Source: Deltaproteobacteria bacterium (GTDB lineage: Bacteria; Myxococcota_A; UBA9160; SMWR01). Taken from it: DNA of 64,000 bases. The stretch's first letter is position 1, and the number at the start of each line of letters is the position of its first letter. This document shows positions 43,848 to 53,138 of this stretch, piece by piece. The translations under genes were made by a program, and so were the position numbers. The stretch is from NCBI GenBank assembly GCA_032128115.1, contig JAQBHB010000051.1:1-64000 (forward strand), in the 5' to 3' direction. Below the pieces are notes generated by a model. It had not been told where the DNA came from. It did no database searches and saw nothing but the letters and a program-made list of their open reading frames with translations.

Positions 43848-44966
43848 ATGGGAAGCAGCGGCTCCCAGCCTCGGTATCCGGGCCCCCTGGTCACGCCCGA
43901 TCCCCGCGAGTACGGGCGGCGGCTGCGCTCCGGGCTGTCGCGTCTGCGCCGGGAGGGTCCGACCTCCGCCCTGCGCCACGGGTACGGTCGCCTGCGCCAG
44001 GCGTACCAGCACCTGAAATACGACATCAATCCGCGCCGGCTGACTCGCAGCCTCGACTCGGTTCCCATCGATCGCCCCCTGTTCCTGCTGGGCGTTCCAG
44101 GGGGTGGCGGCACGATCCTGGCCCGAACCTTCTACCGCCATCCGCAGGGGGTGTACGCCAGCGGCAACTCGTCGTGGTGGGCCGGACAGGACGAGATCCA
44201 GAAGTGCCGGCACATCGCCGATCTGCCCGAACCCCTGGTGCTGCGCAGCGCCCATTTCTTCAATCTCACCCCCGATGTGGAGAACCATCCGGTCTACGGC
44301 TATCAGCGCTCGCCCCTGTACGCGATCGACGAGTTCCTGCCCCGCTATCGGCGGGGCGCCGAGGACGCCGACCCGGAGACGGCGGCGGCCTTGCGGCGCG
44401 TGCTGCGGAAGCTGGTGCTCGCCTACGCCCACGACCCGGACCGCGCGCGATTCGTGGACATGAGCCACCTCTACACCATCCAGGTTCCGTATCTGGCGGC
44501 GCTCCTGGATGGTTGCGACCCGCGCTTCGTGCTGCTGACGAGGAATCCCTATGTGCTGTGCGAACGCGCCGTGCAGAAGGACATGGATGCCATGGGAGGG
44601 GCCGGCGGTCTGACCCGGGAACACAAGATCCGCTGCGCCGTGGAAGCCACAGACAATTCCTACCGGCTGGCCCTGGCGGCCCGCGAACACGTGGGCATGC
44701 TGATCCAGCGGTACGAAGATTTCGTGGACGACCCGGAACCGGTGATCCGGCGCATCTGCGACTTCGCCGACCTGCCGTTCCACCCGGCGCAGGTTCCCGG
44801 TCCGGAACAGCACTTTCCCGCCGGCTCGAATTCCACGGGAAAGTGGTTTCCCATCGAGGCAGGTGCGAACGAACGCTACCTGGCCCAGATCCAGCCGGAT
44901 CTGGTGGAAGCCCTGAACTGCCGCAGCGCCGACCTGATCGAGCAGCTGGGATACCCGCTGCGCTGA
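43848..44966 (+). CDS. Sulfotransferase-fold protein with degenerate PAPS-binding loop
   Basis: IDRPLFLLGVPGGGGTIL....HP, PRFVLLTRNP, RYEDF..DPE...R.ICDF.DL. Confidence 0.72.
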   Translation: MGSSGSQPRYPGPLVTPDPREYGRRLRSGLSRLRREGPTSALRHGYGRLRQAYQHLKYDINPRRLTRSLDSVPIDRPLFLLGVPGGGGTILARTFYRHPQGVYASGNSSWWAGQDEIQKCRHIADLPEPLVLRSAHFFNLTPDVENHPVYGYQRSPLYAIDEFLPRYRRGAEDADPETAAALRRVLRKLVLAYAHDPDRARFVDMSHLYTIQVPYLAALLDGCDPRFVLLTRNPYVLCERAVQKDMDAMGGAGGLTREHKIRCAVEATDNSYRLALAAREHVGMLIQRYEDFVDDPEPVIRRICDFADLPFHPAQVPGPEQHFPAGSNSTGKWFPIEAGANERYLAQIQPDLVEALNCRSADLIEQLGYPLR

Positions 44967-44976
44967 GGCCCGATCG

Positions 44977-45912
44977 CTACTGCTTGCGCGCGACCGTTAC
45001 CAGCACCCGCGACCAGGCCATGGGCAGGGCACGCCCCAGGGTCTCGTCGAAGCTGCGCACGAAGCCGTTGTAGAGGTGGGCCCAGGGTTTCACCTTCAGT
45101 CGGTCGCCGATCCGGGCGAGCGTGTCAAGCCAGCCGCCCCAGTGGCGGACCTTGTCGTACATGAAGGGCGAGATCAGGATCTTCTCGTGGCCGCGTTGCT
45201 CTACCAGCTGGTAGCCGCAGGCCTCGAAGATGGCCCGGTTCTCGTCGGGGGTCTGCCAGCCCAGGTGGCCCTCGCGGTCGATCAGGATCTCCCGGTAGAG
45301 ATCCGCGTCGAGCTTCTTCATGCGCCGATACAGGGGGTTCTCGCTCTCCACGTCGTACAGGAAGATCAACTTGCCCCCCGGCCGCAGCACGCGACTGCAC
45401 TCGGCAAGCACCGCCGGCTTCTCCTGCGGTGGAATGTGCTCCCACACGTACGAACTCAGCACCGCGTCTACCGAGTCGTCTGGCAACGGGATCCCCACGG
45501 TGGCATCGGCCTGGAGGCATGCCCGGTACAGGGGCGCCACCCGGGCCAGGGAGGCGAGCGAGAGGTCGAGGCCGATCACCTGGAAGCGGTGCGCGAAGTA
45601 GGCGAAGCCGCTGGCGCAGCCCATCTCGAGCACCGTGCCGCCGGCGGCAATGTGCTTGCGCGCCGCCCACACATAGCCGCTGTTGATGAGCCACAGGGGC
45701 CAGGCGAACAGCCACCCCTCGCTGCGGGGAAGGAAGCGCACCGTGTTCAGGTAGCGGCCCTCGTAGAAGCGGTCGGCCTCCTCCAGGAAGCGAACGACCC
45801 CGTCTTCCACCGGGTAGCTCTCGCCGCAGGTGGGGCACGACCAGCGCGCGTCGGCCTCCGAACCGGCGAGGCGCGCGTGGTCTGCGGGGCAGGCGAGTTC
45901 GACACGGCTCAC
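44977..45912 (-). CDS. Class I SAM-dependent methyltransferase with N-terminal Trm112-like Cys finger
   Basis: LACP...CPTCG.SYPVEDGV, VLEMGCASG, GLDLS, PLPDDSVD, EHI, RVLRPGG. Confidence 0.85.
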   Translation of the reverse strand: MSRVELACPADHARLAGSEADARWSCPTCGESYPVEDGVVRFLEEADRFYEGRYLNTVRFLPRSEGWLFAWPLWLINSGYVWAARKHIAAGGTVLEMGCASGFAYFAHRFQVIGLDLSLASLARVAPLYRACLQADATVGIPLPDDSVDAVLSSYVWEHIPPQEKPAVLAECSRVLRPGGKLIFLYDVESENPLYRRMKKLDADLYREILIDREGHLGWQTPDENRAIFEACGYQLVEQRGHEKILISPFMYDKVRHWGGWLDTLARIGDRLKVKPWAHLYNGFVRSFDETLGRALPMAWSRVLVTVARKQ

Positions 45913-45916
45913 CGGG

Positions 45917-47021
45917 TCACGCCGCGTGCTCCGAGCCCCGGGCATGGATCCGGCGCACGCGCTCGCGCTGGACCTTCACGCACTCATCGAGTGCCGGAAG
46001 CACGTCGCGCACCCGGTCGGTCTCGAAGTAACCCGAGTCCAGGCAGCGTCGACGTCCCGCCTGGGCGATGCGCTGGCGCTCTTCCGGGGCGGTCGAGGTA
46101 GTGCCGGCACTTCTCGCGAAGCTCCTCGGCGGAGTCGAAGAACTCCGCCTCCACCCCCTCCCGGAAGTAGCGGGACATCACTGGGTTGCGCTGGTGAAGC
46201 AGGAAACCGCCCAGGGCGGGAATCTGGAAGCTGCGCGACGCCGTGTGATTCCGGTTCCAGCTGGAAACGATGCCCACGTTCACGTCGAAGCTCTGGATCC
46301 CAGCCGCGTATTCCTCGCCGTAAATGCCCCGGTGTTGCACGGCGCCCGCCAGATCGTCTCCGGACGCGGCACGCTCCCAGCCGGGTCCGAAGATGCGGGT
46401 GGATACGCCCGACCGCACCAACGCCAGCAACAGCTTCTCGGTCTCGGGCTCCCAATGGCCCACGAAGCCGGCCTGGGCGGAGAGTCGGCTCCGCATCTCG
46501 TCGGGGATCGGATCCGGAGGCACGAGCGCCGCGTTGGCAGCGAGTTCCATGTGGAGCACCCGGGTGAAACCCTGAGCGCGAAACTCGTCCACGTTGTGGA
46601 GATTCGAGGTGATGTGCACGTCGTAGAGGGGCAGGGATCGGATCAGGAAGCGCCAGAAGAAGCGCTTGAAGCGCGGTTCGGCCTTCCAGTCGTCGGTGTT
46701 GTGGTAGACCAGGGTGACGGGCTCGCCGTGCCGCAGGGTTCGCATCGTGCTCGGGAATACGAAGGTTCCCTTTTCGATCCAGATGACATCGGGCCGGAAG
46801 CGTCGCGCCGTGGTTACGATCTTGTGGTTGAGGGCGTAGACGCCCGGCGTTCGCAGGGTCAGCACGCGGATCCGGTCGGCCATCCGGTTGCCGGAGCGCA
46901 GCAGGTGGCGGGTATTCACCGTTTCGACGTGATGCCCCAGAGAAAGGAATGCGTCTCGACGGGCTGCGGTGGTGAGGAAGGGGGTGACCTCTCCAATGAA
47001 GAGGATGCGAATCGGTTCCAA
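45917..47021 (-). pseudogene. CgeB/YkvP-like glycosyltransferase with an apparent 1-nt frameshift near its 3' end
   Basis: FVGHWE, GIYGEEY, RSFQIPALGGFLL, F.EG.EAEFF.S.EEL.EK..YL. The given frame then becomes implausible, while removing one G from the G4 run at 46086-46089 gives DRPEERQRIAQAGRRRCL... ending at TGA 45917. Confidence 0.75.
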
Positions 47022-47066
47022 TCGATGCCTCTGTCGATCCTTCTGCTCGGGCGGAAGCGAAGTATA

Positions 47067-49814
47067 TCACTCCGGTTCCGGCCGGGAGCCCGCAGGGTCG
47101 AACGGGCCCTGTTCCAGCGACACGGGGCCCGGCCAACGCAGCGAGAGGAGTCCGGCCTCGACACGGGTGGCGTCGCGAACGAGCAGGTATTCCCGAGATC
47201 CCTCGCGAACGCGGAGCAACAACGAGCGAGCGTCCGTGGACAGCTCGGGAGTCTCGATGGCGTCCCCCTCCGGATTGTCCACCAGGAACCAGGTCTCGTC
47301 TCCCATCTCGACACGAAGCGCCACACTGTGTGCCCCGGCGGCAAGCACCCGCACGCCGTCGGCGGCCTGCTCGGGTGACCGGTCCGGCCCGAATGGTCGC
47401 ACCAGGGTGTCGAACCAGCGCTCGTCACCGGGGTGCGCCGCGCCCGTCCACTTCTGGTAGACCACGAAGGGCGGAGACGAACGGCACTCGGGCGAAACGA
47501 CATCCTCCGGCGACGGATTCGGACATCCCTCGGGAGGCAGGTAGATCGGCGCTTCGAAGGCGGTTACGTCCGCGTCGGGTCGGGGCACGAAGTAGAGCAG
47601 GGCATAGCGCTCCGGGTTGCGGTACTTCCAGACGTTCCCCGTGGGTTCGCGATCGTACGCGACGTACCAGTGGTCGCCGTGGCGCGGGTGGAGGTCGGCG
47701 GCGTGCCACACGGGCCCCACGGCCGCCTGGATGTCGTCCGGGAACGTGAAGCGATCGCGAACCCAGAGGAAGCGGTTCTTCACGAACAGGAAGCGCCGCT
47801 CGACTCCCACGTTCCAGCCGTGCGGATCACGCCAGCGGAGCCACGCCACGCTGGCATTGTGGTGATCCTCGAATCGGTCGACCTCGGCCTCGTTCACCAC
47901 GCCGCCGTAGCTGCCGCCCCAGTAGCGGCGCACCAGCGGAGCCGATTCATCCTGGGCCGCACGCACCCCGTGAGGATGCGGGTAGGGCGTCGCATCCAAC
48001 AGCAGTGAGCCCCTGTCCGTGAGGGAGGCCAGCGCGCCCAGCTCCACGTGCCCGTGGCCGTAGCCTCCAAGCAGGTTGAAGACAGCGTGCAGGTCGCTCG
48101 CTTCGAAGCCGCTGCGAAATACCAGCTTGTCCCCCACCCGATCGTCGCCGAAGTCGTAGTACTGCCGCGGCGATCCCCATTGGCTGGGGAGTCGCGCCCG
48201 GGCTCGCAACCGGGTGGTCACGTGGGAGCCGGCGTCGGTGGGCGGGGCGCCCGCGGGCTCGTCGCGGGCGTCCAGGTAGGCCCGGGCCAGGGAGAGCATC
48301 TTGCGGTTCAGGCTGTCGCGTCGGGGCGGGTCGTCTCGGGTGTGGCTGCGCTTGTAGTCGAATACGCGGCGGGCCAGCCAGCGGTATCGGGGCTCCCCGG
48401 TCGCCACGGCCGCGCGCTCGTAGAGCCAGATCAGGGGCGCGAGCTCGTGGGCCCAACCGGCGCCGTCGCCGTAGTGAGGGTCCACGCCGAGCGGCGCCGT
48501 GTGCTGGAAGAAGCGATCCACCAGGGCGCGAAAGCCCGCGTCCTGCCAGATGGTGTCGGCGCGCCCCGAAACTTCCGCATAACCCAACACCTCGGGCCAC
48601 CACACGTTGTCGTTGTAGGAGCCCGAGTCTTCCCAGGTGTCGTGGTGGCGCCAGAACTCGTTCCAGACCTGCTCGCCGTAGACGCGCCACGCCTCGGCCT
48701 CCGGGAGGTCCGGGAAGAGAGCCGCCACCGTGGCCAGGCCGTTGGCGCTCACCAGGGCGCGGTTGAAGCTCCCCAGCTCGCGCTTCTCCCATAGCTGCGC
48801 CGCGCCGTCGGCGAGCAGGGCGCGCACGGCAGTTTCGTCGCCGTCGCGCAGCGAGGGCGATTCGCTCAGCCAGCGCCAGGCGATCCCGGTGCGCTGGGGC
48901 CAGGGCCAGGGCTTTCGCTTCTCGGAGTCGCAGGGCGTGGGATCGGACTCGTCCAGATCCCCGCAGAAGCGCCAGGCGTGGGCGCGCCGCAGGATCGCGA
49001 GCGCGGTGCGCGCGTGGGACTCGTCGCAAATCGCTTCGAGACACGAGACCCGGTAGAGAAACGCCGGAAGCTCCGCCACGAGTTGGCACTGCTCGCTGCA
49101 GGCCAGCGCGCTCGGAAGCAGACGCTCGGCGTAGGCTTTCACGCGCTCGAAGTAGTCGCTGCGGCTCACCGGTGCCGGCGCCAACGGCTCGCTCCAGGGT
49201 AGCTCCGGATCCGAAGCGGAGAAGGCCGGCACACGCGGCTCGCCCCGGGGCGGGCCGAAGCTGCGGAACCACAGGTCCTTGCTCCGGGTCGGCTGGAAGG
49301 CGCCGTTGTAGCGCGCTTCGCCGTCGGGATAGCGGTCGCTCCCGTCGTGATTTCCCTTGAGCGAGTAGGGTCCCCGTTGGGGTGCGCTGAACTCGACGAA
49401 GTAGACGGTGCCGGACTCCACGTCCATGCGCGGGAAGATGCTGCGGATTTGCCAGCCCGTGCGGCCGGACAGCTCCACCGTGTCGCTGAAGATCGGTTCA
49501 CTGGCCACGGTGTCGGCGTACGAGCCGCGCCACTTCCAGAGATCTACGCGGCCCGGTCGCGTGTCGTTGTTGTTCTTGACCTTGAAGTCGAGGCGCGACA
49601 GGTGGCCCGCTCGGGGCACGAAGGTCTGGCCCACGCCCCGGTTCGGGCGGGGCTGCACGTTGAAGTTTCCGACCTGATCCACTTCCTGCTTCTGGTCGAC
49701 GACTTCGGCGCCGCCGAAGGGGCTGGGCCACAGCAACCACTCCTGGGCACGGGCTGCACGCGGGGAGGCCGCCGACAGGAACAGCAGGGCGAAGAGGGCG
49801 AGCGTGCGGAGCAC
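47067..49814 (-). CDS. Large secreted protein, heparinase II/III / polysaccharide-lyase-like
   Basis: Signal peptide (ARA|Q); N-terminal beta-rich domain; helical Trp/Tyr-rich middle (WEDSGSYN, P.YGD); C-terminal GYGHGH.E...L...G.LLLD and R.FLFVK..F.WVRD resemble the heparinase II/III C-domain. Confidence 0.6.
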   Translation of the reverse strand: MLRTLALFALLFLSAASPRAARAQEWLLWPSPFGGAEVVDQKQEVDQVGNFNVQPRPNRGVGQTFVPRAGHLSRLDFKVKNNNDTRPGRVDLWKWRGSYADTVASEPIFSDTVELSGRTGWQIRSIFPRMDVESGTVYFVEFSAPQRGPYSLKGNHDGSDRYPDGEARYNGAFQPTRSKDLWFRSFGPPRGEPRVPAFSASDPELPWSEPLAPAPVSRSDYFERVKAYAERLLPSALACSEQCQLVAELPAFLYRVSCLEAICDESHARTALAILRRAHAWRFCGDLDESDPTPCDSEKRKPWPWPQRTGIAWRWLSESPSLRDGDETAVRALLADGAAQLWEKRELGSFNRALVSANGLATVAALFPDLPEAEAWRVYGEQVWNEFWRHHDTWEDSGSYNDNVWWPEVLGYAEVSGRADTIWQDAGFRALVDRFFQHTAPLGVDPHYGDGAGWAHELAPLIWLYERAAVATGEPRYRWLARRVFDYKRSHTRDDPPRRDSLNRKMLSLARAYLDARDEPAGAPPTDAGSHVTTRLRARARLPSQWGSPRQYYDFGDDRVGDKLVFRSGFEASDLHAVFNLLGGYGHGHVELGALASLTDRGSLLLDATPYPHPHGVRAAQDESAPLVRRYWGGSYGGVVNEAEVDRFEDHHNASVAWLRWRDPHGWNVGVERRFLFVKNRFLWVRDRFTFPDDIQAAVGPVWHAADLHPRHGDHWYVAYDREPTGNVWKYRNPERYALLYFVPRPDADVTAFEAPIYLPPEGCPNPSPEDVVSPECRSSPPFVVYQKWTGAAHPGDERWFDTLVRPFGPDRSPEQAADGVRVLAAGAHSVALRVEMGDETWFLVDNPEGDAIETPELSTDARSLLLRVREGSREYLLVRDATRVEAGLLSLRWPGPVSLEQGPFDPAGSRPEPE

Positions 49815-49822
49815 GACGGGGC

Positions 49823-50980
49823 TCAGCCGAAACCCAGGGCGGCCAGGAAGTCGGCGCGGAAGCGCGGGTAGCTGAAGACCTGGCGTGCACGCCGGGCGCC
49901 GGCCTCGCCCAGGGCCCGGCAGCGCCCCGGGTCGGCCAACAGCCCGGCCACGGCGGCTCCGATGGCGGCCACGTCGGCGTAGGGCACCAGCACCCCCGTC
50001 TCTCCGTCGCGGATCACCTGGCCCGCGGCGTCAGCCGTGGAGCCCAGGCATGCGAGCCCGTGCCACATGGCCTCGGCGTAGACCAATCCGAAGCCCTCCT
50101 GGCGGCTCGGCATGGCGAACAGGGACGCGCGTTGGTAGAGGTCCCGGAGTTCGTCGTCGGTAACCCGACCCAGGAAGCGCACTGCGTCGCCCACGCCCAG
50201 GTCGCGCGCGCGCGCTTGGATGCGGGGTACGTCTTCACCACCCCCCACGACCCACAGCTCGGCCGCGGGCAGCTGGCGTCTCACGCCGGGCCAGGCTTCG
50301 ATCAGATGGTCGTGTCCCTTGCCCCGCTCCTCTGGCGACATGCGGCCCACGATCAGGACGGCGGGCTCGCGCGGCGGGCTCGAAGCGGGTGCGGCCTCCC
50401 AGGTGGCGACGCGATCCGGGTCGATGCACAGGGGAACCACGCGGATGCGCTCGCCCGTTTCGGGGAGCAGCTCGCGAAGGCCCGCGGCGGTGAACTCGGA
50501 ATTCACCAACACGCACTCGGCGGACCCCAGGGCCTTCGCCCGGGCGCCTGCGCCGGCGGCCCCCAATTCGATCCCGTGGACGAAGATCGCGTGTCGCGGC
50601 GGCGGAAATGGCGGAATCGGAAGCATGATCGAACGGGCCAGTCCCACCAGGTCGAATAACACCATATCGTGTCGTTCTCGGCGATACAGGCGCCAGGTTT
50701 CCCAGACGAAGCGGGCCTGACTGCCCCGCGCCAGGCGCTGCTCGCCCCGCCGGGGGGGCGCCGCGGCGTCGCTCGGGTCGTCCAGCCTCGGGTCGTCCAG
50801 CTTCGGGTCGTCGAGCCTCGGGTCGTCGAGAAGCAGGACGCGATCGGTGCGGGCGATCCGACCCTCGCCCACCAGCTCGTCCAGGGCGCGAGCCATGCAG
50901 CGGCTCACGCAGGCGATGCCGCCGTCGATGTGCAGTCCGGTCAAGCACAGCAGTACGGAATTCGGTGCCCCCGGACCCAT
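49823..50980 (-). CDS. GT4 glycosyltransferase
   Basis: DGGIA, VHGIE, NSEFT, VGRM...E..KG.D.LI, FAMPSRQEGFGLVYAEAM, DGETG.LV. Confidence 0.9.
   Translation of the reverse strand: MGPGAPNSVLLCLTGLHIDGGIACVSRCMARALDELVGEGRIARTDRVLLLDDPRLDDPKLDDPRLDDPSDAAAPPRRGEQRLARGSQARFVWETWRLYRRERHDMVLFDLVGLARSIMLPIPPFPPPRHAIFVHGIELGAAGAGARAKALGSAECVLVNSEFTAAGLRELLPETGERIRVVPLCIDPDRVATWEAAPASSPPREPAVLIVGRMSPEERGKGHDHLIEAWPGVRRQLPAAELWVVGGGEDVPRIQARARDLGVGDAVRFLGRVTDDELRDLYQRASLFAMPSRQEGFGLVYAEAMWHGLACLGSTADAAGQVIRDGETGVLVPYADVAAIGAAVAGLLADPGRCRALGEAGARRARQVFSYPRFRADFLAALGFG
50773..50830 (-). repeat. About 4 x 15-bp in-frame tandem repeat encoding LDDPR-LDDPK-LDDPR-LDDPS
   Basis: TCGGGTCGTC(C/G)AG.. units start at 50773, 50788, 50803 and 50818 on the + strand. 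Confidence 0.9.
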
Positions 50981-50997
50981 CCAGGACGAGTATGCCA

Positions 50998-51087
50998 GCA
51001 AGCAGGCCGACTCGCCCGAGTCGGCCTGCGCGCAGCGAGCCGGAGCTGAGCGAAGCCCAGATTGCGGGGCTGTGGCGAGCGAAGTTC
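50998..51087 (-). repeat. REP-like element, copy B: GGCTCGCTGCGC + 12-13 bp hairpin + TTGC, with an extra partial leader
   Basis: Minus strand: GGCTCGCTGCGC-GCAGGCCGACTC-gggc-GAGTCGGCCTGC-TTGC. 51074-51087 is the reverse complement of GAACTTCGCTCGCC at 34031-34044. Confidence 0.8.
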
Positions 51088-51116
51088 GCGCGGCAATCGG
51101 GCTACAATCCGTCGCC

Positions 51117-52973
51117 ATGTGCGGGATCGCCGGAATCGTTGCGACCGGAGCCGGTGAACTCGTCGACGAGTCCGAGCTCCGGGTCCTGCGCGACGCGCAG
51201 CGCCACCGCGGGCCCGATGCCGAAGGCCTGTGGATCTCCTCCGACCGGCGCCTGGGCTTCGGTCACCGGCGCCTGAGCATCGTCGACCTCTCCGAGACCG
51301 GACACCAACCCATGAGCACGCCCGACGGGGCGCTCACGATGGTCTTCAATGGCGAGATCTACAACTTCGTCGCGGTGCGGCGCGAGCTCGAGGCCCTGGG
51401 CCACCGCTTCGTCTCTTCCAGCGACACCGAGGTGCTGCTGCTCGGCTACCGGCAGTGGGGTCTCGAGGAGTTGCTGGAACGCGTGCGTGGCATGTTCGCC
51501 TTCGCACTTCACGATCGCGATCGGGGCGAGACCCTGTTGGCCCGGGACCCCCTGGGCATCAAGCCCCTGTACACGGCCGAGGCCGGCGGGCGTCTGGTGT
51601 TCGCGTCCGAGGTCCAGGCCATCCGCAAGATCGCGCCGGATGGAGGCCTCGATCCCGAGGCCCTGGCCAGCTACCTGCTGTGGGGATCGATCGCCGCGCC
51701 CCGCACGCTCTACCGCGGCATCCGCGCGCTTCCGGCGGGTCACTGGCTGCGAGTGCGCGAGGGTTCTGGGGGCGAGCCGGTGGCCTACTACCGACTCGAG
51801 GACGAGCTGGGCCGCAGCGAGCCCATGAGCCCAGGGGAGGCCTCCGAATTGCTTCGCGAGGCCCTGGTGGACTCGGCGCGTCACCACCTGGTGGCCGACG
51901 TGCCGGTGGGCGCGTTCCTGTCGGGTGGCGTGGACTCGTCGGCGCTGGTGGGTCTGCTCTCCGAGGCCAAGGGCGCCTCGATCCAGACCATCAACCTGTC
52001 GTTCGACGTGAGCGGGTTGGACGAGTCGAAGCTGGCCCGGGAGGCGGCCGAACTCTACGGCGCCCGCCACCACGAGATTCCGATCCGCATCGAGGAGATC
52101 CGCGAGCGCATCCCCGATGCCGTGCGTGCCCTGGACCAGCCTTCGGTGGACGGGATCAACACCTATTTCGTGTCCGAGGCGGCCGCCAAGGCGGGGCTCA
52201 AGGTCGCGGTTTCGGGCGTGGGCGGCGACGAGCTGTTCGGCGGCTATTCGAGCTTTACGCGGGTGCCGCGCATTCGCGCGGTCCACCGCCGGATCTCGGC
52301 GATTCCAGGGGGCGGCCGGCTGCAGCGGGCCGCGGCCGGTCTGCTCGGCCGGCTTCCGCGCTCCCCGGTCTCGGGCAAGATCGCCCGGAGTCTGGCGTAC
52401 GGGGGCGACGACGCTGGCGCCTACTTCGCCGAACGGGGGATCTTTTCGCCCGCCGAGGTGAAGGCCCTGCTGGCGCCGGAGCTGGCCGAGAGCGTCGAGC
52501 GCTGCGACCCGGCTGCGGCCATGCGCGAGCGCCTGGACGTGGCATCGCTGCCCGACGACGAGCGGGTCTCGGCCCTGGAGCTTCGCCAGTATCTCGAGGT
52601 CCAGCTCCTGCGGGATACCGACGCCATGGCCATGCGGCACTCGCTCGAGGTTCGGACGCCGCTGGTGGATCGCGATCTGCTGCGGGCCGCCGCCCGGGTT
52701 CCGCCGGCCCTGCGGCGCGCCGGCCCGGCCAAGCGGCAGCTGCGGGAGGCGCCCCGGCCCCCGGTGCCCGCGGCCCTCTGGCAGCGCCGGAAGCAGGGCT
52801 TCACGCTGCCCTTCGACGCCTGGCTGCGAGGCGGCGGGGTCCCCCTGGGGCTTCCCGATCACCCCTGGCTCCGACCCGAGGCCGTGGCAGCGGTGGACCA
52901 CGACTACCGCGCCGGCCGGATCCATTGGTCACGGGTCTGGGCCCTGCTCGTTCTCCAGGAATTCCTGACCTAG
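51117..52973 (+). CDS. asnB: Asparagine synthase (glutamine-hydrolysing)-type amidotransferase, glycan-locus type
   Basis: MCGIAG, HRGPD, GHRRLSIVDLS..GHQPM, FNGEIYN, SDTEV, RDPLGIKPLY, FLSGGVDSS, SG.GGDELFGGY, SLEVR.P, RKQGF.LP. Confidence 0.93.
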   Translation: MCGIAGIVATGAGELVDESELRVLRDAQRHRGPDAEGLWISSDRRLGFGHRRLSIVDLSETGHQPMSTPDGALTMVFNGEIYNFVAVRRELEALGHRFVSSSDTEVLLLGYRQWGLEELLERVRGMFAFALHDRDRGETLLARDPLGIKPLYTAEAGGRLVFASEVQAIRKIAPDGGLDPEALASYLLWGSIAAPRTLYRGIRALPAGHWLRVREGSGGEPVAYYRLEDELGRSEPMSPGEASELLREALVDSARHHLVADVPVGAFLSGGVDSSALVGLLSEAKGASIQTINLSFDVSGLDESKLAREAAELYGARHHEIPIRIEEIRERIPDAVRALDQPSVDGINTYFVSEAAAKAGLKVAVSGVGGDELFGGYSSFTRVPRIRAVHRRISAIPGGGRLQRAAAGLLGRLPRSPVSGKIARSLAYGGDDAGAYFAERGIFSPAEVKALLAPELAESVERCDPAAAMRERLDVASLPDDERVSALELRQYLEVQLLRDTDAMAMRHSLEVRTPLVDRDLLRAAARVPPALRRAGPAKRQLREAPRPPVPAALWQRRKQGFTLPFDAWLRGGGVPLGLPDHPWLRPEAVAAVDHDYRAGRIHWSRVWALLVLQEFLT

Positions 52974-53138
52974 CGACCCCACCTGCACACGGCCTGCACC
53001 CATGCGGACCGCTTCCGGCTCAGCTCTCCCCCCAGGGGCCCGAGTACGTGCATTTCCTGGAAAAAGGATCGGGTTTCGTGCGCTTTTCCGGTCGCCGCTG
53101 CCACCTCCCCCTGGACCGACCTTCCCAGGGAGCAATCG

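Noticed and set aside
52974..53138. Possible sigma54 -24/-12 promoter (TGCACACGGCCTGCA), and a similar candidate near 59304-59320
   Set aside because: The invariant GG-N10-GC spacing is not met in either case.
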